DNA of 64,000 bases, taken from Lactobacillaceae bacterium (GTDB lineage Bacteria; Pseudomonadota; Alphaproteobacteria; RF32; CAG-239). Under the pieces are notes generated by a model that ran no database searches, was not told the origin of the DNA, and worked only from the letters and a program-made list of their open reading frames with translations. The position numbers and the translations under genes were made by a program. The number at the start of each line of letters is the position of its first letter. The first letter of the stretch is position 1. Shown one piece after another: positions 30,767 through 37,643 of the stretch. The stretch covers positions 293,452-357,451 of the forward strand of contig JAISVX010000003.1 of assembly GCA_031271345.1 (NCBI GenBank), in the 5' to 3' direction.

Positions 30767-31554
30767 TGAACTATAAGCTGATTATATTAGGTTCTGGAGC
30801 CGCGCCTGGAGTGCCGTCGCTTTCCGGCGGCTGGCTGGCTTGCAACCCGGATAATCCTAAAAATAAAAGAAACAGAACCTCGACTTACCTTGAATATAAA
30901 AACACTAAAATATTAATTGATACGTCTCCAGACATAAGATACCAGCTGATTGACAACAATATTAAAGATTTGGATGCCGTTCTTTTTACGCATGTACACG
31001 CCGATCATTTGCTGGGTATAGACTATCTCAGGGAAATTAACCGCATTCAAAGCAAGGGTATAAATTTTTATTCCGGACCCCGAAATATGGTGGAAATCGA
31101 GAAGCGGTTTGACTATCTTATCGGGCATGTAAAAAGACCGGAAGATTATATTCTTATTCCGAGCTTGCTGCCGCATATAATACATCCATACGAACCGTTT
31201 TATATAAACGATTTAAAAATCACCCCGATTATAATGTTTGACCATTCTCCAGAAAGCTATGGATTCGTGTTTAATGATGGCGATATAGTTTATTTTTCAG
31301 ACTTTCGAAAAATTGACGAGAAAGCTTTTGATATGTGGAAAAAACAGCCGGAACTTTTAATCATCCCCTTAACAAACCCAAAAGCGCAAATAACGCACGC
31401 GGGTTTTGAAACCGTTATGCAATATATTGACAAAGTTAATGCAAAAAGAGTAATAATAAACCACATGGCAGGCGAATGCGATTATGATGACATAAATAAA
31501 AGAACGCCAGATAACGTTGAGCCGGCCTATGATAATATGATAATAGAGTTTTGA
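30766..31554 (+). CDS. MBL-fold metallo-hydrolase (PhnP/GPP-like)
   Basis: Contains the 'THVHADHLLG' metal motif. It is coupled to tatD (TAATG). Confidence 0.8.
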   Translation: MNYKLIILGSGAAPGVPSLSGGWLACNPDNPKNKRNRTSTYLEYKNTKILIDTSPDIRYQLIDNNIKDLDAVLFTHVHADHLLGIDYLREINRIQSKGINFYSGPRNMVEIEKRFDYLIGHVKRPEDYILIPSLLPHIIHPYEPFYINDLKITPIIMFDHSPESYGFVFNDGDIVYFSDFRKIDEKAFDMWKKQPELLIIPLTNPKAQITHAGFETVMQYIDKVNAKRVIINHMAGECDYDDINKRTPDNVEPAYDNMIIEF

Positions 31555-31564
31555 GGGGAATAAT

Positions 31565-32422
31565 ATGCTTTGTATATACCATATCGCAGATCATGACGGG
31601 AAAGGCTCCGCAGCTATTGTTGGAAGTGTTTTCAAAGATGTTGAGTTTTGCGGGTATGATCACAACATGAATCCTCCGTACGACCTTGTTGCCAAACATG
31701 ATAAAATCGTTATCTGCGATATAGCTTTGCCTTTGGATTTTATGTTTGAAATCAACCAAACAAAAGATTTAACGTGGATTGACCATCATATCTCTGTTAT
31801 AAGCGAATATGATGAAAAAATCGCTGCGGGAAAATATAAAGAAATCAAAGGATTAAGAAGAGTAGGTACCGCGGCGATAGAACTTACGTGGGAATATTTC
31901 CACCCTGATAAGCCCGTTCCGGAAGGCATAAGACTTTTAGCATTAAACGACATTTTTGACCTTCAAAGCGACAAAGTTCGTCCTTTTGAATATGCCATGC
32001 AGTCTCTTGGAGTTAACAAGCCTGATGAAAAAATCTGGTCAAAATTGATAAACGATGAGCTTGATATTGACGAGCTGGTTGATAAAGGCAAATATATTTT
32101 ATCATGGATACATGTTAGAAACTACCGTTTGTCAAGAGCCTTGGTATTTGAAAGCAAATACAAAGGATTTAGGTGTATATGCGCAAATATGCCCCAGGGA
32201 TATTCAGAGTTTTTTGACTCGGTTCATGATGTAAAAGAATATGATTTTATGGTCAATTTCTATATGGATAAAAATAATAAGTGGAAAATGACATTTTATA
32301 CTGGCAAAGACAATGTTGATGTGTCAAAAATAGCCGCTGAATTTGGCGGCGGAGGTCATCAAAAAGCGGCTGGCGCATCGAAGCTTGATGAATTGCCGGA
32401 ATTTTTAAAAAAACATAAATAA
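31565..32422 (+). CDS. Short DHH/DHHA1-family phosphoesterase
   Basis: DHH motifs are present: 'HIADHDGKGS', 'ICD', 'IDHH' and the C-terminal 'GGGGHQKAAG'. Confidence 0.7.
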   Translation: MLCIYHIADHDGKGSAAIVGSVFKDVEFCGYDHNMNPPYDLVAKHDKIVICDIALPLDFMFEINQTKDLTWIDHHISVISEYDEKIAAGKYKEIKGLRRVGTAAIELTWEYFHPDKPVPEGIRLLALNDIFDLQSDKVRPFEYAMQSLGVNKPDEKIWSKLINDELDIDELVDKGKYILSWIHVRNYRLSRALVFESKYKGFRCICANMPQGYSEFFDSVHDVKEYDFMVNFYMDKNNKWKMTFYTGKDNVDVSKIAAEFGGGGHQKAAGASKLDELPEFLKKHK

Positions 32423-32437
32423 AAAAGGATTATTAAT

Positions 32438-32992
32438 ATGTTGCACCCGTGGCATGGAGTTAGCGTAGGAATAAACGCCCCAGAAATAGTTACTTCAGTT
32501 ATTGAAGTTCCAAAAGGTTCAAAAACCAAATATGAGTTAGATAAACAAAGCGGTCTGCTTAAGGTTGACAGAATTTTATACAGTTCGGTGCATTATCCCG
32601 CAAATTATGGATTTATTCCGCAAAGCTACTGCGGGGATAATGATCCGTTAGACATACTTATTTTGGGACAAGAAACATTCTGTCCTCTATCTATTGTCAG
32701 GGCAAAACCAATTGGGGTTATGAAAATGCTGGACCAAGGCGAGCCTGACGACAAAATTATCGCCGTTCACATGGATGACCCAGAATATAACCACTATGAA
32801 AGCATAGACGAACTTCCTCCACATTATCTAAAGAGCGTGCAAAGATTCTTTGAAGACTATAAAGTTCTGGAAAATAAAGAAGTAAAGATAGAGAGCTTTT
32901 TAGACGCTTTTGAAGCCAAAAAGGTTATAATGGAAGCATTGGAGTTTTATCAGGAAAATAAATACAAGCTGCGTGGAATGCTTGGAGAATAA
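32438..32992 (+). CDS. ppa: Inorganic pyrophosphatase (family I)
   Basis: Contains '[12 protein letters not shown]', '[10 protein letters not shown]' and '[10 protein letters not shown]'. Confidence 0.92.
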   Translation: MLHPWHGVSVGINAPEIVTSVIEVPKGSKTKYELDKQSGLLKVDRILYSSVHYPANYGFIPQSYCGDNDPLDILILGQETFCPLSIVRAKPIGVMKMLDQGEPDDKIIAVHMDDPEYNHYESIDELPPHYLKSVQRFFEDYKVLENKEVKIESFLDAFEAKKVIMEALEFYQENKYKLRGMLGE

Positions 32993-33014
32993 ACAATTTT
33001 TAGCTAAAAAACAC

Positions 33015-33043
33015 TTGATTTGGTTTTGATTACGTGCTATCTT
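33015..33043 (+). promoter_or_regulatory. Promoter of small-gene module 1: TTGATT-N17-(TGc)TATCTT
   Basis: -35 at 33015-33020, an exact 17-nt spacer, an extended -10 TG at 33035-33036, and -10 at 33038-33043. Confidence 0.6.
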
Positions 33044-33086
33044 TGCAAGAATTGTTTATTACTAATCCTCAAAAAATTTTAAGTCT

Positions 33087-33302
33087 ATGTCAGAAAAATT
33101 ATTTCCAGGTACCAAGAAGGAAAGAAAAAGCCATGGCGCAATTGATCGAGCCTCAGGGTTATCTCCCAAGTATCCTCAAGACGGATATTACATGAAAGGA
33201 TATAACCAAAAGGAAACCGACAAAAAAGTCGCCGAAGTAAACTCTCCTTTAAGTCCAGCAACCGCCGAAGCTCAAGTAATAAACTTAGCGGAAGGCGAAT
33301 AA
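33087..33302 (+). CDS. Small hydrophilic protein S1 (71 aa), unknown family
   Basis: Lies between promoter 33015 and terminator 33560. It is a paralogue of S2: G17, D20, R21, G24 and P27 sit at identical positions, and 'DGYYMKGYNQKE' matches 'DGAYLKGFRNKE'. No SD. Confidence 0.55.
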   Translation: MSEKLFPGTKKERKSHGAIDRASGLSPKYPQDGYYMKGYNQKETDKKVAEVNSPLSPATAEAQVINLAEGE

Positions 33303-33342
33303 CAATAATCAACAAAATTAATAACTAAAAATTAAAAAGATT

Positions 33343-33525
33343 ATGATGACGTTTGGAAGAAACATCAGCAACAGAGTGAAAAGTGCCGTAGGAAGAGAAG
33401 ATCGCCGCCGCGGAAGTATTCCCAGAAACATGGATGGAGCATACCTCAAAGGTTTCAGGAACAAAGAAAAAGGCCGCCGTCCTTACTTCCGCAGAGAAGT
33501 AATAGACTTCGACACTGCCGACTAA
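33343..33525 (+). CDS. Small basic protein S2 (60 aa), unknown family
   Basis: Second cistron of module 1, after a 40-nt A-rich gap. It is Arg/Lys-rich and a paralogue of S1. No SD. Confidence 0.55.
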   Translation: MMTFGRNISNRVKSAVGREDRRRGSIPRNMDGAYLKGFRNKEKGRRPYFRREVIDFDTAD

Positions 33526-33559
33526 AGTTGCATAAAGCCAAAAGTAAAATCAACTCAAG

Positions 33560-33591
33560 CCCGATACTAACAAGTATCGGGTTTATTTTTT
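33560..33591 (+). terminator. Rho-independent terminator of module 1
   Basis: 9-bp stem cccgatact / agtatcggg with a 4-nt loop, followed by TTTATTTTTT. Confidence 0.8.
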
Positions 33592-33601
33592 ATTATAGAT
33601 A

Positions 33602-33630
33602 TTGAATTTTTGCATATTACATGCTATTAT
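33602..33630 (+). promoter_or_regulatory. Promoter of module 2: TTGAAT-N17-(TGc)TATTAT
   Basis: -35 at 33602-33607, an exact 17-nt spacer, an extended -10 TG, and -10 at 33625-33630. Confidence 0.6.
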
Positions 33631-33691
33631 AATAGAGCTTTTTATTAGTTAACTTTTACAAATTGTGTAATTTAAAAAATTAAAACTTATT

Positions 33692-33949
33692 ATGTCACAC
33701 GGACTTAACGCAGCCAGACTCGGCCGCATTGCAAAACTGGAAGGAAAACAAACAGGCAAACATCGCGAACTTTCTGCAAAAGAAGCTATCGCTCGCGACA
33801 TTGCCTTAGCCGACGGAGAAACAGTAATCTATCTCGATGGCGAAAGGATTTCTATCTGGCTCGAAGACTTACTCGACGAACCCGATTATACATCGGAGTT
33901 CTACAAGACAGGAAACTTCGAAATGCGGGATCACGACGTGGCCGCATAA
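33692..33949 (+). CDS. Small protein S3 (85 aa), unknown family, C-terminus -DVAA
   Basis: Has its own promoter and terminator. It is a paralogue of S4 ('GLNAAR' and 'RE.[ST]A.EAIA.DIA'). Codons are C-ending. No SD. Confidence 0.6.
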   Translation: MSHGLNAARLGRIAKLEGKQTGKHRELSAKEAIARDIALADGETVIYLDGERISIWLEDLLDEPDYTSEFYKTGNFEMRDHDVAA

Positions 33950-33974
33950 ACTAATAAAAACACAATAAATGTTC

Positions 33975-34012
33975 AAACCCTAAGCATAAAAATGCTTAGG
34001 GTTTGTTTTTTT
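33975..34012 (+). terminator. Rho-independent terminator of module 2
   Basis: 12-bp stem aaaccctaagca / tgcttagggttt with a 6-nt loop, followed by a T-run. Confidence 0.85.
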
Positions 34013-34027
34013 GGGGAATAAAATATA

Positions 34028-34056
34028 TTGCCAAATAGACAAATATATGCTATTCT
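34028..34056 (+). promoter_or_regulatory. Promoter of module 3: TTGCCA-N17-(TGc)TATTCT
   Basis: -35 at 34028-34033, an exact 17-nt spacer, an extended -10 TG, and -10 at 34051-34056. Confidence 0.6.
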
Positions 34057-34098
34057 GTAAGAGTTAGTTTATTACAAATCTTAAAAATTTTAGAAATT

Positions 34099-34371
34099 AT
34101 GAACGGATTAAATGCAGCCCGCCGAGTGAAATCTCAGAACAAACGTCGTGAAATGACCGCAACCGAAGCTATTGCTTTCGACATTGCAGCAAACGAAGGC
34201 CTGACCCAAAAGGATCTCTGCCAACCGCACTACACTGCCGATGCAGAAGCGTACATGAACGGTTTCTATGACCGCGAAATTTACGGTTACAAACGAGACG
34301 ACATACGTGTCAACCTTGGCACGAACCGTCGTCACATTAGTTCTGCTGCTATCGCTCGTCTCGCGGCTTAA
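34099..34371 (+). CDS. Small protein S4 (90 aa), unknown family, C-terminus -RLAA
   Basis: Has its own promoter and terminator. The N-terminal half is paralogous to S3. It also carries 'AEAYMNGFYDRE', which resembles the S1/S2 motif. No SD. Confidence 0.6.
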   Translation: MNGLNAARRVKSQNKRREMTATEAIAFDIAANEGLTQKDLCQPHYTADAEAYMNGFYDREIYGYKRDDIRVNLGTNRRHISSAAIARLAA

Positions 34372-34398
34372 ACTAATACGAAACAGCGATGTTTCGGG

Positions 34399-34436
34399 CA
34401 AGTCTCAAAGATTAAATCTTTGGGACTTGTTTTTTA
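34399..34436 (+). terminator. Rho-independent terminator of module 3
   Basis: 14-bp stem caagtctcaaagat / atctttgggacttg (one G-U pair) with a 3-nt loop, followed by TTTTTT. Confidence 0.8.
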
Positions 34437-34443
34437 TTATAAA

Positions 34444-34468
34444 AAAGGCTCTTAAACTAAGAGCCTTT
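34444..34468 (-). terminator. Terminator of the autotransporter gene
   Basis: 11-bp stem aaaggctctta / taagagccttt with a 3-nt loop. A T-run follows on the minus strand. Confidence 0.7.
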
Positions 34469-34478
34469 CTAGTTTATT

Positions 34479-37448
34479 TTAGAATGCTTTTTTGTATTTC
34501 AGCATAAAAATGCCTTCATTTCTGTCTTCATATCCATCGCTGTAGTTGCTGTAAATTAAACCGGCATTAAACTCGCTGTTATCCACATTTTCATGGTTGT
34601 AGGATAATTGGTATTCAACGTTTCCCTTATCTTTAAGCCCAATTTTATGATTGCTGTAAAACAGATTGCCTTCGTCGTCTCGGCTCGCAGGGAGTCTTAA
34701 ACTCATGCTGCCGGAATTAATTTTAACGGATTGAGCGACAATAAAGGAAATACTGCTCTTTCTTGCCGGCTCATTTATAATGTTATAATTCATGCCGACA
34801 GCAAAAGAGTTTGTATATAAATCGGAAACATTGTTGATAAGCGAATTATTTGTTCCGCCGACTCTGGTATAACCAAAGTTTGCTTTGCCAAACATCGATA
34901 ATTTATCATCATAAAGACTTATATCATTCTGCAAACCGATTATGTATGTATTGTTATCGCTTCCAAGGCTGAATGCGCCGTCTGTTTTTGAGGCAAACAA
35001 GGTGTTTTTCTCATTAATGAAACCGAGTTCAACAGTGGTTGCCATGTATTTATAAGGCAAGAATGTTAAATTGCTTATTAATGACATACTGGAACCTAAA
35101 TCATCAGTCCTAATGCCTTCGAATTTTTCTTTTTCTGTTTTCAGGGTATAGTCTTGGTATAAAACGCCGAAGCCGAAAGACAGCTTGTCATTTAAGAAAA
35201 ATTTATTATTAAAGCCAAAGTTCTCAAAGCTGTCGTTTCTAAAATACGGATTCATAACATTATAATTAGACGCTGTGGCTAAAGCATATCCGTTATAAAA
35301 GCCCGCATCATTATGCATAACCGCATTATACGGGTTGTTGCCATAATAGAAGCTAAAACCGTAATTGCTGTTATTTATGTTATCAGTATTATATGAAACC
35401 TTAAATTGATTTGATACATTCGAAGCGTTTCCAACAACGCTGCTGCTTGAATATAAGCTCAATGTTTTATTTTCATTCAGCTGGATAGGCTTAATTCTGC
35501 CGCTGGCAAATCTGTTCAAAACATCTATTGGTTTTGGGCGGTCTTTAATAACTTCAATTTTATCATTTAATTTTGCGTCAAAAGTCCTGTTAAAATCGTC
35601 AACAAATACATAAGTCAAGTCTTTGGATTTCAGGTTATTGGCGATTCTGGAGTTAAGCTTTAAGAAGCTGGAATCCGCGCTGTATTTTCTTCCGTCAACT
35701 CTTGTATCGACAGGAACAAGTTCTGAGCCTACTGGTCTGCTTGCTCTTTCAAGATCGAGCATTCCCCAGCCATAAACCTCGTCAACGCCGGTATCGCCTA
35801 AATCCCTGGCAGTAACAAATATTAACTTGGTTATTTCCGCGCCTGTCATATAAGGGAAGGCGCCTTTTAATGCCGCGACAGCTCCCGAAACCATCGGAGC
35901 CGCGAAGGAAGTCCCGTTAACCACAGAATATGTCGTGCTGTCCAAATCTCCGTTAGGATATATTGAAACAACCACTCCCGTACCTGGCGCGGTAATGCAA
36001 TAGTTCATGGCAACGCCGCATCTGTTGCTGTAGTCCGCAATTCTATCGTTTGCAGTATCATAGGCTGCGACGGCGATAAAGTTTTTATAATCATTACCGT
36101 TTTTGAACTCGTCAAAAAGCAGCGGCGCCGAAGTTGTTATACCTGGCTGGGAAGTGCCGTTGTTTCCTGTGGACCAAACAAATATAGTATCTTTTTGAGT
36201 AACCGCATAGAGCATTTGGTCAAAGAAATTATTATAGCCGCTTCCGTGAGTTCTATCTCTAAACAACGCGAGCAGGGTGTCTTTGCTTGTCATATCGCTT
36301 GCATTAATAGATTCAACTCCTTGCTGGTTCTTAGTCGGAATGCCCCAGCTGTTATTAATAACCACGGCTCCCGCATCTGCGGCGCTTCTAAAGGCTTCGC
36401 CAATGTAATAATTGGAAACAAAATTGCCGTCGTCAAAGGTTAATCTATATGGCAGTATATCAGCGTCTGGAGCAATGCCGGTAACTCCGCCGCCGTTAAA
36501 CTCTCCGGCAATAACGCTGGCAACAGCTGTTCCGTGCCATGCTGTTGTATCGGAAACAAGGTTTGACGTCGGGTTGGAGTCATTTTTTACATAACTTGAA
36601 CCCGTGCATTTCAAAGCGCTCGGATTTTCCAAACAATATAAATACGCAAGATTAGAGTTTGACAAACCTGTTACAATATTATTTGACAGTTCCGAGTTAT
36701 TTGACTGAACTCCTGAATCAAGCACTGCAACTTTAATTTTTCCATCAACCGCGTTTAAGGATGGATAATTGGATTTAGAATTGACATTTACCTGACCTGT
36801 AAGACCTCTTGCCAAAGAATAGGCAAGTCTTATTTGATTGTAGTGACTGTAGTTGGAATAGCTTCTTCCGCCGCCGCTGAACGAGTTGCTGTAATCTGCG
36901 CTTGCTAATATTCTGTTTAACTCGCTTGCTGAAACTTTGCCGACAAGCCCGTATTCGTTGACTAATTTGTTATTGCCTCCGCCGCCGCTTCCACCTCCAC
37001 CTCCGCCGGAAGCCGCCGCAATAACGCCTCCCGCGGCTAAAGCAATGCCCGTGGCAATCAAAACTGGTTTCAATATTTTTGTTTCGCAGATTGTGTAATC
37101 ATACTGAGAAAACAAGTTTCTCAAAGCTTGATTTCCAGAGCCTTTCGCATCGCAGTATGAGGGGTTTCCATCGGCATTTTTAACATTTGGGCTGGCGCCG
37201 TTGTTCATTAAAAGAGTTGCCATTGCATAGTTGTCATTTGAAACGGCATAGCTTAAAGCTGTTCTTCCCGAGCTGTCTTTCGCATTGACAAAACTTGAAT
37301 TAACATGAGCTTTAACGCTGTTGTAATCATTGTTTCTCACCGCATTAATAAAATTGGTATAATTGCCGGTTAAGGCGAAGGATGCGGATGATGAAAACAT
37401 TGTGACAGCAGCGCTATATAAAAATATCGTCTTTAACTTTTTTCTCAT
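34479..37448 (-). CDS. Ankyrin-repeat + subtilisin-like (S8) serine protease autotransporter
   Basis: 989 aa with a Sec signal ('...SSSASFA'). An ANK repeat is present ('GRTALSYAVSNDNYAMATLLMNNGASPNVKNADGN'). The S8 triad blocks are 'VAVLDSGV', 'WHGTAVASVIAG' and 'GTSFAAPMVSG'. About 280 aa of C-terminal beta-barrel ends in '...KYKKAF'. Confidence 0.85.
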   Translation of the reverse strand: MRKKLKTIFLYSAAVTMFSSSASFALTGNYTNFINAVRNNDYNSVKAHVNSSFVNAKDSSGRTALSYAVSNDNYAMATLLMNNGASPNVKNADGNPSYCDAKGSGNQALRNLFSQYDYTICETKILKPVLIATGIALAAGGVIAAASGGGGGGSGGGGNNKLVNEYGLVGKVSASELNRILASADYSNSFSGGGRSYSNYSHYNQIRLAYSLARGLTGQVNVNSKSNYPSLNAVDGKIKVAVLDSGVQSNNSELSNNIVTGLSNSNLAYLYCLENPSALKCTGSSYVKNDSNPTSNLVSDTTAWHGTAVASVIAGEFNGGGVTGIAPDADILPYRLTFDDGNFVSNYYIGEAFRSAADAGAVVINNSWGIPTKNQQGVESINASDMTSKDTLLALFRDRTHGSGYNNFFDQMLYAVTQKDTIFVWSTGNNGTSQPGITTSAPLLFDEFKNGNDYKNFIAVAAYDTANDRIADYSNRCGVAMNYCITAPGTGVVVSIYPNGDLDSTTYSVVNGTSFAAPMVSGAVAALKGAFPYMTGAEITKLIFVTARDLGDTGVDEVYGWGMLDLERASRPVGSELVPVDTRVDGRKYSADSSFLKLNSRIANNLKSKDLTYVFVDDFNRTFDAKLNDKIEVIKDRPKPIDVLNRFASGRIKPIQLNENKTLSLYSSSSVVGNASNVSNQFKVSYNTDNINNSNYGFSFYYGNNPYNAVMHNDAGFYNGYALATASNYNVMNPYFRNDSFENFGFNNKFFLNDKLSFGFGVLYQDYTLKTEKEKFEGIRTDDLGSSMSLISNLTFLPYKYMATTVELGFINEKNTLFASKTDGAFSLGSDNNTYIIGLQNDISLYDDKLSMFGKANFGYTRVGGTNNSLINNVSDLYTNSFAVGMNYNIINEPARKSSISFIVAQSVKINSGSMSLRLPASRDDEGNLFYSNHKIGLKDKGNVEYQLSYNHENVDNSEFNAGLIYSNYSDGYEDRNEGIFMLKYKKAF

Positions 37449-37643
37449 AATATATTATCTTTTGCAGTTATTTCATACATATTAAAATAAATTATATTTA
37501 TTTGTTTCGTAAAATCAAGAAAAATAACATGTTATGACTAATGTATTTAATTATTAATCACAATAGTTTTTTTGTTGAGATATTATGAATTTAGTATAAA
37601 ATTCCTTAGTTAAAGAACTTATAAATAAAGGAGATAATATCTT

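Noticed and set aside
33038-33045. A Bacteroidetes-type -7 promoter element (TAnnTTTG) at module 1 ('TATCTTTG'), which together with the SD-less leaders would hint at Bacteroidetes origin.
   Set aside because: Modules 2 and 3 do not have TAnnTTTG. All three fit a standard sigma-70 -35/-10 with exact 17-nt spacing much better.
33087-33525. S1/S2 as a toxin-antitoxin pair.
   Set aside because: The two proteins are paralogues of each other, not a toxin and a neutraliser. I recognise no known TA fold or motif. The 40-nt spacing and lack of overlap are not typical of TA pairs. I cannot exclude this idea, but nothing in the sequence supports it.
33087-34371. Similarity of the aromatic-Gly-aromatic motif ('YMKGY', 'YLKGF...RPY') to the ribosome modulation factor / Rmf-CrpP 'RGYQAG...CPY' motif.
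   Set aside because: Only three or four residues match, with different spacing. RMF's conserved Cys/Trp positions are absent. I keep this as a hypothesis to test with profile or structure comparison, not as a claim.
33085-34401. Antisense ORFs 33085-33315 (76 aa) and 34108-34401 (97 aa) covering small genes S1 and S4.
   Set aside because: The promoters (-35/-10 with 17-nt spacers) and the T-runs of the terminators are all oriented for the plus strand. Paralogy between S1/S2 and S3/S4 exists only in the plus-strand frames.
33001-34440. Idea that the small-ORF array is an integron cassette array, with the hairpins acting as attC sites.
   Set aside because: The window contains no integrase. 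The hairpins are simple GC stems followed by T-runs, which marks intrinsic terminators, and they lack the R''/R' (GTTRRRY) core sites. Each unit also carries its own promoter, unlike promoterless cassettes.
34268-34507. 79-aa plus-strand ORF running from inside S4 across two terminators into the autotransporter gene's 3' end.
   Set aside because: It crosses two strong terminator hairpins and overlaps better-supported genes. It has no start signals.
36975-37010. A GC-rich triplet repeat (gcctccgccgccgcttccacctccacctccgccgga), considered as a possible tandem repeat or CRISPR-like signal.
   Set aside because: It is the in-frame coding sequence for the 'GGGGGGSGGGG' linker of the autotransporter. 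It is not a spaced repeat array.
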